Positions 1 to 10,924 are shown, counted from the stretch's first letter. The stretch is 64,000 nucleotides of DNA from an uncultured archaeon (GCA_964558645.1 CAZLEV010000007.1:1-64000); one strand, 5' to 3'. Notes: a model not told the origin generated them from the sequence alone. Numbers and translations are program-made.

Positions 1-103
1 ACAGGAGCGTAGCAGTCAAAACCCTTTTATGCCTCTCGAAGTTCCGAGCCCTCTAGCCAAGCGACGGCCTAGTGTATCTTGCATCAGTAGAGAGTGACAA
101 TGG

Positions 104-2002
104 ATGATTGGATTCAGACGTGGGATTGCATCGATTCTATTGGCTACAGTGCTTCTGAGTATGATAGCTCCCTCTATGTTCATTGGACATGATGGTGCGG
201 AGATTGTCATGTTTGACGGTTTCACCCCGAGTGACACAGATCTGACAATCACCAACAGAACTCTGAACATAGGAAAGAAGTTCAATGATGATGACTTCGA
301 GTTCAGGGTGCTCAACTACTCATCCCCCGTTGACTTGGCAAATGTTAGTCTCTATTTCTCCGGAAACGGTTCTCTATATGATTCCTCACTCACAGATGGG
401 CTTGGTTATGCTATCTTCGAGGACGTTCCACAGGGAATCTATGACTGGGAGGTGACTTGGGATGCTGCGCCAGATGTATCAGAATCTGGAATTGTTGTTT
501 CTGATGGCCCAGAGGCCTTTGTTGACCTCGAAATCGGCAATCTCGATGGTCAGAATGATGACGATGACCTCTACGCCACGATTACTGACATAGAAGGAGA
601 CCCTGCTGAGGGACTCAACTTTACAATACTCTTCGCCGAGAACGTGTCTATCTACTATCAGACGTTGCTCGGTGCTGATGGAGTAGTCAACGTCACTAAC
701 ATCCCGGTGGGTAACTATACATGGCAGTTGATTGTGGCTCAGTATGAATATGCCGGCACTATCCTCGAACAAAGCAATTTCACGGCTGACGGCACGACCA
801 TAAAGGTGCATCAATTCATTGGACCTTTTGCTGGTGATCCAGACTACTACGACCTAGAGGTCTATGTATACTACGAAACAACCAAGGCTCCCTTCTCAGG
901 TGCTCTTGTCAATGTGACGTTCAAGAATGGAACAGAGATCGACTCAAAGACCACAGGTTCAAACGGAACCGTGTTGTTTCTTGACTTGCCAGTTGCTTTC
1001 GTGAACTGGACTGTTACGCATGAGGGAGAGTTCATAGGGGCTGGAACTTACTTCAAAAACCTCACAACCCCTGATACTGATGTGAGAGCACCCTATCTAG
1101 TTTCACCGGGCGACCAAGAGTTCCTTGTTGGCTCAGAGAACATCACTATAAGCTGGTATCTTGAAGACGAATATCCATCAGAGATTGCTCTGTATCTCGA
1201 TGGTGATTTGGATGACGAGGTTGATTGGACAAACACCTCGTACGTGTACACGTATAATGTGACGGGTTTCGAGCTAGGAACATATGAGCTTCGTCTCGTT
1301 GCTACTGATGAGAATGAGAATAGCATTGAGGATGTTATCACCCTTCGAATTTACGAGAATGTCACGCCCTCAATATCAGGACCTGACAATCTTGAATTCT
1401 TCTTCACTGACACAGGCTACTCTCTTCGGTGGAATATCACAGAAGAGAACCCCTCCATGTATGTCATCGAACGGAACGGAACAGAAGTTGAGACTGGTGA
1501 GATCGATTCCTTACAGCCATACATCGAGATATCTCTAGATGGACTCGGTATAGGTCTGCATGTTTACGTACTCAGGGTAAATGACACAAGCGGCAACGAA
1601 GCCACTGATGAGGTGTTAGTTACTGTCCAAAGTGATACCGTTCCACCCCAGATAATATTCAGTCCGGAAACCATCTATTATTATCAGGGTGATTTGAGGG
1701 TGATCCGAAATTGGACAGCAACGGACGAATACAAGGACTACTACACTATCGAAGTCAATGGGTTCATTGTGGAACAAGGTGATTGGACAACTGAGTCCGT
1801 CGAGTTTGACTTCTCGGGTCTGGCTCAAGGTGAGCACTGGGTTGTGTTGACTGTGTATGACATAGGAGGCAACAGTGCCTCTGCAGCTGTGAAGGTTGTC
1901 GTGTCACCGCCCGCATTGTTCATCGTTATGACATTGTTTGGTGGAATCATTGCGCTTGCAATTGTCATCTACTTCGTGCTATGGTATCTCAGACGGCGTT
2001 GA
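104..2002 (+). CDS. Membrane-anchored cell-surface protein with repeated Ig/cadherin-like beta domains
   Basis: N-terminal signal-like hydrophobic segment; acidic, many N-x-S/T sequons; repeated 'W...D.....Y.I..NG' and 'L..G.H...L.V.D..GN' modules; C-terminal TM helix followed by RRR. Confidence 0.75.
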   Translation: MIGFRRGIASILLATVLLSMIAPSMFIGHDGAEIVMFDGFTPSDTDLTITNRTLNIGKKFNDDDFEFRVLNYSSPVDLANVSLYFSGNGSLYDSSLTDGLGYAIFEDVPQGIYDWEVTWDAAPDVSESGIVVSDGPEAFVDLEIGNLDGQNDDDDLYATITDIEGDPAEGLNFTILFAENVSIYYQTLLGADGVVNVTNIPVGNYTWQLIVAQYEYAGTILEQSNFTADGTTIKVHQFIGPFAGDPDYYDLEVYVYYETTKAPFSGALVNVTFKNGTEIDSKTTGSNGTVLFLDLPVAFVNWTVTHEGEFIGAGTYFKNLTTPDTDVRAPYLVSPGDQEFLVGSENITISWYLEDEYPSEIALYLDGDLDDEVDWTNTSYVYTYNVTGFELGTYELRLVATDENENSIEDVITLRIYENVTPSISGPDNLEFFFTDTGYSLRWNITEENPSMYVIERNGTEVETGEIDSLQPYIEISLDGLGIGLHVYVLRVNDTSGNEATDEVLVTVQSDTVPPQIIFSPETIYYYQGDLRVIRNWTATDEYKDYYTIEVNGFIVEQGDWTTESVEFDFSGLAQGEHWVVLTVYDIGGNSASAAVKVVVSPPALFIVMTLFGGIIALAIVIYFVLWYLRRR

Positions 2003-2107
2003 AGGGATACCCTGCAGTCGGAGGCCGTCACCCTTTTATCCTCCCCGGCTCAGTCGAAGACTGGTCTATCGTCCAGGCTTCAGACCGTTCATCTGAGAGT
2101 GAACCCG

Positions 2108-3403
2108 ATGTCATATATTCCCATAGGCAAAATACTGGAAGGCAAACACGAAGGGAAGACAATCAAGGTACGCGGCTGGGTACATCGCATCCGGAAACAG
2201 AAGAAGATGGTGTTTGCGCTCCTGCGTGACCCCTCAGGGGTTGTGCAGACTGTTATCAAAGAGAAGATTGTCAGCGCTGATGAATATGCTGACGCGGAAA
2301 AGATGCTCATTGAATCCTTGGTGTCTGTCAAAGGAGTAGTGAAGGCTGACGAACGCGCTGAGGGTGGATATGAGATACAAGTAGAGGAGCTCGAGGTCTT
2401 GCATTTCGCAGAAGAGTTCCCGATTACTGAGGACCAAAGTATCGAGTTTCTGAACGACAATCGCCATCTGTGGATGCGATCTCGTGCCATGACCAATGTT
2501 CTGAAAGTTCGCGATGAGGTCTTCCGATCTGCAAGAGAATACCTTCGAGAGAATGGCTTCTATGAAACTACTTCTCCTATGTTTGTTGGTACAATGGGCG
2601 AAGAAGGTGCTGAGCTATTCACCGTCGAGTATTTTGGCAAGAAGATGTATCTGACTCAAACTTCACAGATGCATTTGGAACCACAGCTCTTCGCCTTGGA
2701 GCGTGTCTTCACGCTAGCTCCATCTTTCCGTGGAGAGAAATCTAGGACACGTAAGCACCTGACTGAATTCTGGCATCTGGAGGCCGAAGAGGCTTGGTGT
2801 GACCATGAATGTAACATCAAGAGACAGGAAGAGCTCATCTCTCATATCTGCAGAAGCGTGGCCAATAACTGTATCTCGGCACTCAGAGAACTGGAGATCA
2901 GTCCTGACCGTCTTCTAAGAATCGAGCCCCCCTTTGAACGCATGACCTATAGCAAGGCTGTCGAACACTGTCAGTCTGAGGGTCTTGATATCTCTTGGGG
3001 CGAGGATATCCGTACAGAGGCAGAAGAAATACTCACGAAGGATCGTGATGACTTCCTAATAATCGAGTGTTATCCGAAGGAGATCAAGAGCTTTTACATG
3101 AAGCATAACCCTGACGACCCTCGAACATATCTCAACAACGATGTCTTAGCTCCTGAGGGATTTGGAGAGATCATCGGAGGAAGCCAGCGAGAGGATGATG
3201 CCCAAAAGATCCTTGAGAATCTGAACCGGATAGGAGACGATCCCAAGAAATACGAGTGGTACATAGACATTCGCCGCTATGGGAGTGTTGAGCATTCTGG
3301 ATTCGGAGTTGGTTTGGATCGACTCATAACATGGATGCTGAAACTCGAACACATACGCGACTGCGTTCCTTTCCCCAGAACTGTATCGAGGGTATACCCA
3401 TAA
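2108..3403 (+). CDS. asnS: Asparagine--tRNA ligase (class IIb aaRS)
   Basis: OB-fold N-terminus (VRGWVHRIR); RHLWMRS; YLTQTSQMHLE; motif 2 FRGEKSRTRKHLTEFWHLEAE; GEIIGGSQRE; motif 3 HSGFGVGLDR. ATG 2108 preferred over GTG 2099. Confidence 0.92.
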   Translation: MSYIPIGKILEGKHEGKTIKVRGWVHRIRKQKKMVFALLRDPSGVVQTVIKEKIVSADEYADAEKMLIESLVSVKGVVKADERAEGGYEIQVEELEVLHFAEEFPITEDQSIEFLNDNRHLWMRSRAMTNVLKVRDEVFRSAREYLRENGFYETTSPMFVGTMGEEGAELFTVEYFGKKMYLTQTSQMHLEPQLFALERVFTLAPSFRGEKSRTRKHLTEFWHLEAEEAWCDHECNIKRQEELISHICRSVANNCISALRELEISPDRLLRIEPPFERMTYSKAVEHCQSEGLDISWGEDIRTEAEEILTKDRDDFLIIECYPKEIKSFYMKHNPDDPRTYLNNDVLAPEGFGEIIGGSQREDDAQKILENLNRIGDDPKKYEWYIDIRRYGSVEHSGFGVGLDRLITWMLKLEHIRDCVPFPRTVSRVYP

Positions 3404-3714
3404 TTCCATTGGCGAGTCTCAGTTGAATACGTGAGGATTGCGTTTTGATTCACTTGGGCAGCTATCAAACCCGAACGTGGCGTTGTGCGTCCCTCAGCAC
3501 CTTCAGTGTTCTATATTGCAGTGATTCACTGAATGTCATCTTCGAGTCTTGCTTGTCCGCAAAGTCATCGATGTTGGTTCGGGTCTTACAACTCTATTGC
3601 ACCAAGAGAGCTATCTGCGGCCAAGATGCCTTGTAACACGAGTATGCGCTTTCGAAGCATGATCTACTTCTCATATGGCACAGAGAGATGTCATGAAGTG
3701 GCTGGCTGCAATTA

Positions 3715-4602
3715 TCAGTTTCTGGCCTCTGAGTCCTTATCGTCTTCTAAACTTGTTTCAAGTGGCCGCATCAGGAGCCCCTTGTCTGTAATCTCAAGAA
3801 CTACTCTCTTTCCGATGTTTGCGAGTTTCCTGACCGTCTCGGGAATCACAACTCTTCCTTTGGCGTCAACCTCTGTCATCTCTCCGTAGACCATGTGCTT
3901 TTGTCCTTCGATGAGGCCGTCTCTGATGCGGAGTACTCTATCGGCCTTCTCTGCGACGCGGGGATTGTGAGTGACATTGACAACCGTTGTGCCGAACTCG
4001 GAGTTTATCTTCTTGATCGACTGCATGACCATATCTGTTGTCTCTGTATCCAGCTCTCCAGTGATCTCATCCGCAAGAAGGAGTTCTGGGTTGTTTGCAA
4101 GTGCTACACAGATTGCCACCCGTTGGTTCTCACCGCCTGAGAGCTGGTTAGGTTTGTGCTCCATTCTCTTTGAGAGACCCAGCGTTGTGAGAAGCATTTC
4201 GGCTCTCTCTCTTGATTTGTCCTTCGGAGCCCCTGCGAGCTTCATAGGCAACATTACGTTCTTCAGGGCGCTCAGTCCGGGAACAAGGTTTCCACTCTGC
4301 CATACAAAGCCAACCTTCCTTCTTCGATACATCATCGCCCGATAGTCATCCAGCAGGGTAATACTATGGCCATCAAAAAGAACGCTTCCAGCTGTGGGTC
4401 GGTCCAAGGCCCCTAGTAGCTTCAGCAGAGTCGACTTGCCGCTACCTGATGGGCCAACTATGGTGATGAACTCTCCCTCAGATACTTCAAAGTCGATGCC
4501 TCTTAGGGCGATAACCTCTTTCATTCCTCTCTTGTAGACTTTCATGAGGTCTCGTACTACCAGTTTGTACTCCTGTGCGATTTCTTCTAGGTTCTCATTC
4601 AT
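3715..4602 (-). CDS. ABC transporter ATP-binding protein (LolD/MacB-like) with C-terminal AbrB/MazE-like domain
   Basis: Walker A GPSGSGKS, signature LSGGENQR, Walker B LLLADE, VTH; C-terminal 'VDAKGRVVIPETVRKLANIG..VVLE....GLLMRP'. Start moved to ATG 4602 (MNENLEE) to avoid overlapping the permease. Confidence 0.9.
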   Translation of the reverse strand: MNENLEEIAQEYKLVVRDLMKVYKRGMKEVIALRGIDFEVSEGEFITIVGPSGSGKSTLLKLLGALDRPTAGSVLFDGHSITLLDDYRAMMYRRRKVGFVWQSGNLVPGLSALKNVMLPMKLAGAPKDKSRERAEMLLTTLGLSKRMEHKPNQLSGGENQRVAICVALANNPELLLADEITGELDTETTDMVMQSIKKINSEFGTTVVNVTHNPRVAEKADRVLRIRDGLIEGQKHMVYGEMTEVDAKGRVVIPETVRKLANIGKRVVLEITDKGLLMRPLETSLEDDKDSEARN

Positions 4603-4607
4603 GAGGA

Positions 4608-7424
4608 TCACTCCGCATATTGAATCTCTTCCGCGATGTTTGCTTGTAGGCATCTCCATGTTACTATGAGCGCCGCAGCCAGTGAGAAGGCAAAGGCTGT
4701 GATGATGATTCCAATCAGTATCTCTACAGGAATGGTAATCATAACAGGGAGACGACTCCATAGGTATACTGTTGAACTATCCATAAAGACCAGTGGAATC
4801 TGACTGACCAAGCTAGCTAAGACGAGGCCAAAAAGACTACCAATGGCAGTAGCCAATAGAACACTGGAAATCACATCGACTCCTGCTACGAACATGATAT
4901 CTCTAGATTCGCTTCCTAGCGCCCGCATAATTGAGAATTCTCGACGCAGTTTCCTAACACGAATAACCGACACCACAGTCATTCCTGCTGTTAGATAGAC
5001 CAATGCGAAGACCACGTTCAAGGTATAAATGCCGAATACTGACTGTCCTGCCTTCGCATCTAGGGCCTGATCGAGCCGTTGATGTGCGCTCTCAATTGAC
5101 ACAATGTTGTTTGGTGCAGACTCATAGATATCCCGGATGATTTGTGTGTAGTTGGCTTGTTGCTCGATTCTCACAAAGTATCGACTAACTCGACTGGTGT
5201 TAAGTGCCATTTGAACGTAGTCAAGATTTACGAGAACGAAGCTATTCGTGTTGAAGCCAGGAAGGTATAGGGTCCCACCTGCCTCCCCTTGTGTGAGAGT
5301 ATCAATGATGTTACAGTCAAGATAATGTTTGTCGTCAGGTCCGCTAAGCTCCAGTCTGAACTCATCAGCATAGACTGGTCTACGGTTAGGATACTGGCCT
5401 GTGAAGTGACTGAGGGGTCTAAAGGAGCTTAATACATTGGAGTTGGCTAGCTGCATTGCCTGAAGGGCCTGTTGTGGGGTGGACTTGTAAGCGAAATATG
5501 GCAGCCAGAACCCCGTGTTTTCGTACTCCTCTGGTTGTACAGCTATGATGTCAATAGAGACGTTATTGTCATGCGGAATTCCTTGGATGTCCAAAGTGCG
5601 ATACGTGGCGCGACCCTTTGCCTCAAGAACTGCAGATGCTGATGATACCCCTTCAATGGCGGTCAAATTGTCCACAAATGCTGCAGTCATATTTTCAAAT
5701 ACCGGGTTCAGCTCAACCTTGATGTCTGCTCCATTCTCAAACCAGAATAGGTGCTCCATGTGTGTGTATCCACTTGTTGCCGAAACTGACGAGAAGACTC
5801 CTGCGGTAAAGACCAATGCGATGAACATGGTCCCGATGACTTCGCTCTTCTTGAAAACAGTTGATGCCCGTGAGAACACCCTTGAACCCGCAGCCAGTTG
5901 AGGTCTCTTTATCCGTTCAAGAATGGCTGATTTGAATGATGGACTGATTCGCGCTGTACCGCGGATGAATGTGAATAGTGTGATGGCTAGCAGCGGAATC
6001 ACCAGCAACATCACCGATGCAACTGCGACGAGATTGAATCCATAGCCGAGTATCATCAGTAAAGGCACAAGCAAGTAGGCTGAGAACACGAATCCGATTA
6101 TATCGAAGAAAGGATTACCAATGCCTTCTCTCTCAAGGAGGTTCTCACGCTGCACGATGCTGTGTGCCTCCGTCGCTGTGATAGTGAGTGCCTTTATTGC
6201 AGCAGGTAGCGAAAAAAAGGCTCCAACTGCGAAAGAAAAGGCAAAGATGAAAGCAATAGACTGGTGCGTGAAGAAGAACGAGAACTGACCTAACTGGTCT
6301 AGGTTGAAGCCCATGAAGGTTCTCACAGTGCTTGAAAGGACGGCACCCACAATTCCTGTTCCGATTGCTCCAAGACTTCCTATGATGGCCGTGAACATCG
6401 CTGAGCCCATTATCCATCTGAACGCCTGTCGGCCCGATGCACCCCGCGTCTTGAGGGTGCCGACATCACGCCGTTGCTCATCTGCAAGCAGATTGGAGTT
6501 GTAGTACACAAGCAATATTCCCATGAGTATGGTGGGGAGACAGAATGCAACGCCAATCGCCCGGATGACGAATACCCAGCTCACGTACTTCGATACGGCA
6601 TCACGAAGGTCAAATCCGTCATAGGGTACCGCTGCATACGGCAGAAGACGCTGCTCCACTCGTCTGCGGATATTATCAAGTTCGTCAATAGTCTGTGCGG
6701 GGTCTGAAAACACAACGAGTTCACGGTCAATCTTTGTCCAGATACCGTGTCTGGCTTCATTGCTCGGAAAGAGTGGAGATATCCTGTCGATTACTCCTCC
6801 CTTAGTGGTCACCATCCTCAGGGAGGTAAATGTATCCTGTCGCTCCCAGTAGTAGCTCCTCATGAACAGCTTTGAGGTGAAGGTCCCTACAATTGTGAAG
6901 TTCTCTTGTTCTACTGTTTCTTGTCCGTAGTCATCGTATATTCGTATCTGTACGGTATAGTTATCCCCCAGCGCCAGACCGAGTTGATCCAGCGTTTCAG
7001 CCTCAAGCCAGCAGGTCGTGTCATTGAACTGGAGGTTTCCCTCGGTGTTTTGCAGAGCATTTGGAAAGGTCTGGAAGAACGTGGTATCTACGCCGAGATA
7101 AGTATTCTCGAAATATCGAGGGTCTCCTTGGTGCCAGTCATATGATTCAACATAGGTCACCGATTCGGTTGTGAGCACATGGGTTTGATTCTCTATCGTT
7201 TCGACGATATCGGCCAGTGTTGTTTCGTTCTGGTAATGAAAGATCCTTTGGACTTCGACCTTCATGTCAACCGGAACATCCTCTGTGAAGTCTTCGAAGA
7301 CTTGGGGTCCGACTGCATCCATGTAAAGCAAAACCCCTCCCAGTACTCCTGATGAAAGCGAGAACACCACAAGGGTCGCGAGCACTTGAGGTACACGAGA
7401 CATCAGTCTTGCGAACAAGAACAT
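4608..7424 (-). CDS. MacB/FtsX-family ABC transporter permease (duplicated FtsX architecture)
   Basis: Two FtsX-type motifs (RRDVGTLKTRGAS, RREFSIMRALGS), two large extracellular loops, multiple TM helices. Start at ATG 7424 abuts the upstream stop. Confidence 0.85.
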   Translation of the reverse strand: MFLFARLMSRVPQVLATLVVFSLSSGVLGGVLLYMDAVGPQVFEDFTEDVPVDMKVEVQRIFHYQNETTLADIVETIENQTHVLTTESVTYVESYDWHQGDPRYFENTYLGVDTTFFQTFPNALQNTEGNLQFNDTTCWLEAETLDQLGLALGDNYTVQIRIYDDYGQETVEQENFTIVGTFTSKLFMRSYYWERQDTFTSLRMVTTKGGVIDRISPLFPSNEARHGIWTKIDRELVVFSDPAQTIDELDNIRRRVEQRLLPYAAVPYDGFDLRDAVSKYVSWVFVIRAIGVAFCLPTILMGILLVYYNSNLLADEQRRDVGTLKTRGASGRQAFRWIMGSAMFTAIIGSLGAIGTGIVGAVLSSTVRTFMGFNLDQLGQFSFFFTHQSIAFIFAFSFAVGAFFSLPAAIKALTITATEAHSIVQRENLLEREGIGNPFFDIIGFVFSAYLLVPLLMILGYGFNLVAVASVMLLVIPLLAITLFTFIRGTARISPSFKSAILERIKRPQLAAGSRVFSRASTVFKKSEVIGTMFIALVFTAGVFSSVSATSGYTHMEHLFWFENGADIKVELNPVFENMTAAFVDNLTAIEGVSSASAVLEAKGRATYRTLDIQGIPHDNNVSIDIIAVQPEEYENTGFWLPYFAYKSTPQQALQAMQLANSNVLSSFRPLSHFTGQYPNRRPVYADEFRLELSGPDDKHYLDCNIIDTLTQGEAGGTLYLPGFNTNSFVLVNLDYVQMALNTSRVSRYFVRIEQQANYTQIIRDIYESAPNNIVSIESAHQRLDQALDAKAGQSVFGIYTLNVVFALVYLTAGMTVVSVIRVRKLRREFSIMRALGSESRDIMFVAGVDVISSVLLATAIGSLFGLVLASLVSQIPLVFMDSSTVYLWSRLPVMITIPVEILIGIIITAFAFSLAAALIVTWRCLQANIAEEIQYAE

Positions 7425-10210
7425 TAGACATCCCCTCCCATTGGTCCGCCTTCGGACCATGATGCGTTCAATGATTGTGCAAGATGAATCTTCACCGCAA
7501 GTGTGGAGACCCCGACAATGAAGAGTGATACAGAAACGAGGAAGAAGCTCAACACAAGAGCAAGCGTCAGATATGGAATCGAGAAGAACACTCTGATGGG
7601 ATAAACCATATTGCTAGTATGCTGGATTAGCATTGTGATGATGCTGAACAGTGGTGCGAAGGCAAGTAGCAGAAGGACGCTGGTGGCTACTATCACGATG
7701 AGTTCTGCTGCCTGTGTCTTTACAATGATGTTCTTGTCAGCCCCCATTGCTCTCATCAAGGCAATCTCTCTTCTTCGCGCACTCAACCCCTCAGCGGCAT
7801 AAATGGCTATGGCCCCGAAAATGACAAGAGTACTGGCAACTGTCAGCATCGTGTCCACTGCTCGGTCCATGGTGTACTCAGTAGTTTCGACAAATGACCG
7901 GACCTCAGAGTCAACATCGACATAGTCATAGGCACTGATAGGGCCGCTTGGATCGGGGGGCTCATACCTTGCAGCATTAAGAAGCTCCAGAGCTACGTCC
8001 GTTGTATTGCTGTTGTCAGTAACCCGCATCGCGTACATGCTGCGAGATTCTGTGGTAAAGCTCATGAACTGTGACAGGTATCCCCGATTGACCCACACAG
8101 TACGCTGCCCGAACGCGCGGCCGTAGTATCTGTCTGACTGAGTGTCAAATGGAAGAGCATTGGTTAGAGCTTGGTAGACTCCGATGATTGTGAATGTGAA
8201 AACGGAAATATTGCCCATCTCAGTCCCGTAAGAACGCAATGAATCCCCCACTGACAGCTCATAGTCTTGGGCAATGTCTTGAGATATTACGGCTCCGATG
8301 GAGTTCCTGTCAAGTTCCAGCAGCATGCTCTTGAGAGGGGACTCATTGAGTGGATGTCCGGTGTAGTCATATCCTACGTTCAGAAAGTCGGTTGGATCCA
8401 TGGCCACTAAATCTGCAGAGTCATATTGTCCGGTAGAGAGCATCAACTCAGTAATGGTCAACTCCGCGCCAGCCATGTAGGCCTCATGCTGAGTGCAATT
8501 CCTGATGAACTCGGTTCGGTTCACTGAAGCATAATTCTGAAGGAAATCCAAATCGAAACGAATGTCCCCTCCGAACGAGAACTTGGCCTGATTGATCTTT
8601 GTAAGAGGCAGTGAATCACTTACAACTGCGTTGCTCCAGGCTAGACTGATTGTGAGAACAAAGACCATGGCAACTGGGCCGGCAGAAGAGGCTGCCTTTC
8701 CAATGCGTCTAATCCCGACGGATGAAGGAACGACGCCAAAGACCCCCTTGAGTCTAGAAGAAGCTCCACTAGCTCCTGCTCTCAGAGCTTTGATGAAAAG
8801 GCTGGCCGCTCCGAGAAACAGCGCAAAGGGTGCAAAGCTGAGTATGATGTTCGAGAAGAATCTCAAGAAGAGGTTGAGTTGCATGGAGGATCCCATACTC
8901 ACCATGGCAACGATTGCTGCGCCTGTCAACGACACGAGGAGTATATCCCACTTTATGAATACCAGGCCACGAGTTAGTTTCGCGAGCTTGCCTGTGCTGT
9001 CATCAGCTGCGCTTTTGGTCTTGTAGACAAAATCGTAGGCAACTATTGCCCCCAATGGAACGAAAACGCCAATGAGGGCCGACATGACCAGGGACTCGAG
9101 GCTTATCAGTAGAGGTTCACTGAAGAATCTAGCCCAGTCGAGCGTGAAGTAGCCGGTTGATATAATCCCCACACGGCTTAGAACAGTGCCGAGCCCTAGG
9201 CCAACTATCGTCGAGAGAACCGCAAGTACCATGATTTCCTTGTAGACCATGTTATAGACAGTGTTCTTGTCAGCACCTCGTGAGATGAGGATGTTTGACT
9301 CATACCTTCTCTCGTTCATGTTATGTCTCACGGCAAGGAAGAGAGTCAACACCAGTAGAAGAATCGGTCCTCCTGCTCTCATTAGCTGAGTCATCCGTTT
9401 ACCCTGCTGCCACATAGCGTAACGTGTGATTCCGTAGAAGAGTCCATCACTGATCCAGTATCTGCCTCCGCCGTATTGTGGATTGTATGTTGGATCTAAC
9501 TGTCTGATTGACTCTTCAATTCGGGTTAAGTAGTCAAGACTTGCTTGGACGTTGAACGGTGAGATGTGTGATCGGTCCACGTCAACCCAGACATAGACAT
9601 CAGCACTGGCCAGATTTATCCTTGGAGGCATTACGATCGCGATTGACCATCCGTAGTTGGAGTATGCTCCGATTGAACTCTGCTGCTTCCAGAGGCCTAC
9701 AACCTCCATAATGTAAGAACTACCACTTTCGTGGCCTTCCTGTGTGTAGTTGACAAGGTCACCTATACCAACATCGATATTGTCTGCAACTTCGACGTTG
9801 AGGACTATCTGATCGACCTCCTCGGGAAACGAGCCAGAGTCCAAGATGAATAGGTCGCTGAATTCATCAATCAGTGCTTGATTGTACTGTATGAAACCTC
9901 CCCAATAACTACCCTCATGCTGATTCCATGAAACAGGAGAAAGAGCTCCGTGAGCTATCACAAAGGTGGCAGTCTTCAAGACTCCCGGGATTTGGGAGAT
10001 TTCGTCCCGAATATCTTGAACATCCACTCCCCCGACCTCCATCGCGACTGGACCAATATCAAGGAGCTCTTCCCACTTGTGCACAGAATAGGAGTCCACA
10101 TAGACTGTGATTGCTGTTGCAAGAGCGGCCGAGAGCATCAGGCAGATAAATGTAACCGCCCTTCTCCGCGAGCTTCCTGACGCACCGTATCCTACTTGCA
10201 GGGCAGTCAT
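7424..10210 (-). CDS. MacB/FtsX-family ABC transporter permease (duplicated FtsX architecture)
   Basis: FtsX motifs ERRYESNILISRGA and RRREIALMRAMGA; same layout as the neighbouring permease; start at MTALQVG. Confidence 0.85.
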   Translation of the reverse strand: MTALQVGYGASGSSRRRAVTFICLMLSAALATAITVYVDSYSVHKWEELLDIGPVAMEVGGVDVQDIRDEISQIPGVLKTATFVIAHGALSPVSWNQHEGSYWGGFIQYNQALIDEFSDLFILDSGSFPEEVDQIVLNVEVADNIDVGIGDLVNYTQEGHESGSSYIMEVVGLWKQQSSIGAYSNYGWSIAIVMPPRINLASADVYVWVDVDRSHISPFNVQASLDYLTRIEESIRQLDPTYNPQYGGGRYWISDGLFYGITRYAMWQQGKRMTQLMRAGGPILLLVLTLFLAVRHNMNERRYESNILISRGADKNTVYNMVYKEIMVLAVLSTIVGLGLGTVLSRVGIISTGYFTLDWARFFSEPLLISLESLVMSALIGVFVPLGAIVAYDFVYKTKSAADDSTGKLAKLTRGLVFIKWDILLVSLTGAAIVAMVSMGSSMQLNLFLRFFSNIILSFAPFALFLGAASLFIKALRAGASGASSRLKGVFGVVPSSVGIRRIGKAASSAGPVAMVFVLTISLAWSNAVVSDSLPLTKINQAKFSFGGDIRFDLDFLQNYASVNRTEFIRNCTQHEAYMAGAELTITELMLSTGQYDSADLVAMDPTDFLNVGYDYTGHPLNESPLKSMLLELDRNSIGAVISQDIAQDYELSVGDSLRSYGTEMGNISVFTFTIIGVYQALTNALPFDTQSDRYYGRAFGQRTVWVNRGYLSQFMSFTTESRSMYAMRVTDNSNTTDVALELLNAARYEPPDPSGPISAYDYVDVDSEVRSFVETTEYTMDRAVDTMLTVASTLVIFGAIAIYAAEGLSARRREIALMRAMGADKNIIVKTQAAELIVIVATSVLLLLAFAPLFSIITMLIQHTSNMVYPIRVFFSIPYLTLALVLSFFLVSVSLFIVGVSTLAVKIHLAQSLNASWSEGGPMGGDV

Positions 10211-10222
10211 CCACACACCCCT

Positions 10223-10924
10223 CTATGACGTATCTATGATTCTTCCGTCTCTCATAGTGTAGAGCTTCTCCATCTCTTGACCAACGTCGGGATCATGCGT
10301 GACAACGACGAGGGTGCCACCCTCTTTCTTGGTGAGGCTCTTTAGCACTTGCATTATCTCCTCTCCGGTCCTCGTGTCTAAATCCCCGGTGGGTTCGTCT
10401 GCAAGGACAATCACGGAGCTGGACGCGCCTTGTGGTTTGGCCAGAGCCCTGGCAATCGCAACCCGTTGCTGTTCTCCTCCGGACAGCTCATCAGGGCGGT
10501 GTTCAGCTCTCTCTGTGAGGCCCACGAGCTCTAGGAGATGGTCAACACGCTCTTTCCGTTCATGTTCCTCGACTCCCCCGATAAGAAGGGGTAACTCAAC
10601 GTTTTCGTATGCTGAAAGAACCGGCAATAGATTGAAGAATTGAAAGACAAATGAGATCTTGTCTCTGCGGATGGCTGTCAGTTCCCTCTCATTCATCTGA
10701 GTTATATCCCTCCCGTCAATTCTAACAGCACCAGAAGACGGTCTATCGAGGGCCCCTATGAGATTCAAGAGCGTAGTCTTACCTGATCCCGAAGGTCCCA
10801 TAATAGCTATTGCTTCTCCCTTTTCCACGTTGAGAGAAACACCTCGAAGGGCTTCAACACTCACTTCACCAACTCTGTAAACTCTTGAAACTTCATCAAC
10901 CGAGATGAGATAGTTATCGCTCAG
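10223..10924 (-). CDS. ABC transporter ATP-binding protein (LolD/MacB-like)
   Basis: GPSGSGKT, LSGGEQQR, VLADEPTG, VTHD. The frame extends upstream of GTG 10864 through typical 'LISVDEVSRVYRVGEV' to a CTG at 10924 preceded by GGAGTGG; start tentative. Confidence 0.88.
   Translation of the reverse strand: MSDNYLISVDEVSRVYRVGEVSVEALRGVSLNVEKGEAIAIMGPSGSGKTTLLNLIGALDRPSSGAVRIDGRDITQMNERELTAIRRDKISFVFQFFNLLPVLSAYENVELPLLIGGVEEHERKERVDHLLELVGLTERAEHRPDELSGGEQQRVAIARALAKPQGASSSVIVLADEPTGDLDTRTGEEIMQVLKSLTKKEGGTLVVVTHDPDVGQEMEKLYTMRDGRIIDTS

Noticed and set aside
1224-1790. TTGGACAA matches near 1224 and 1783
   Set aside because: Both are inside a CDS encoding Asp-Trp-Thr and lack the GTATA half of the motif.
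4603-4761. His/Cys-rich N-terminal extension of the ABC ATPase
   Set aside because: It is an alternate-frame read of the permease 3' end; ATG 4602 is the better start.
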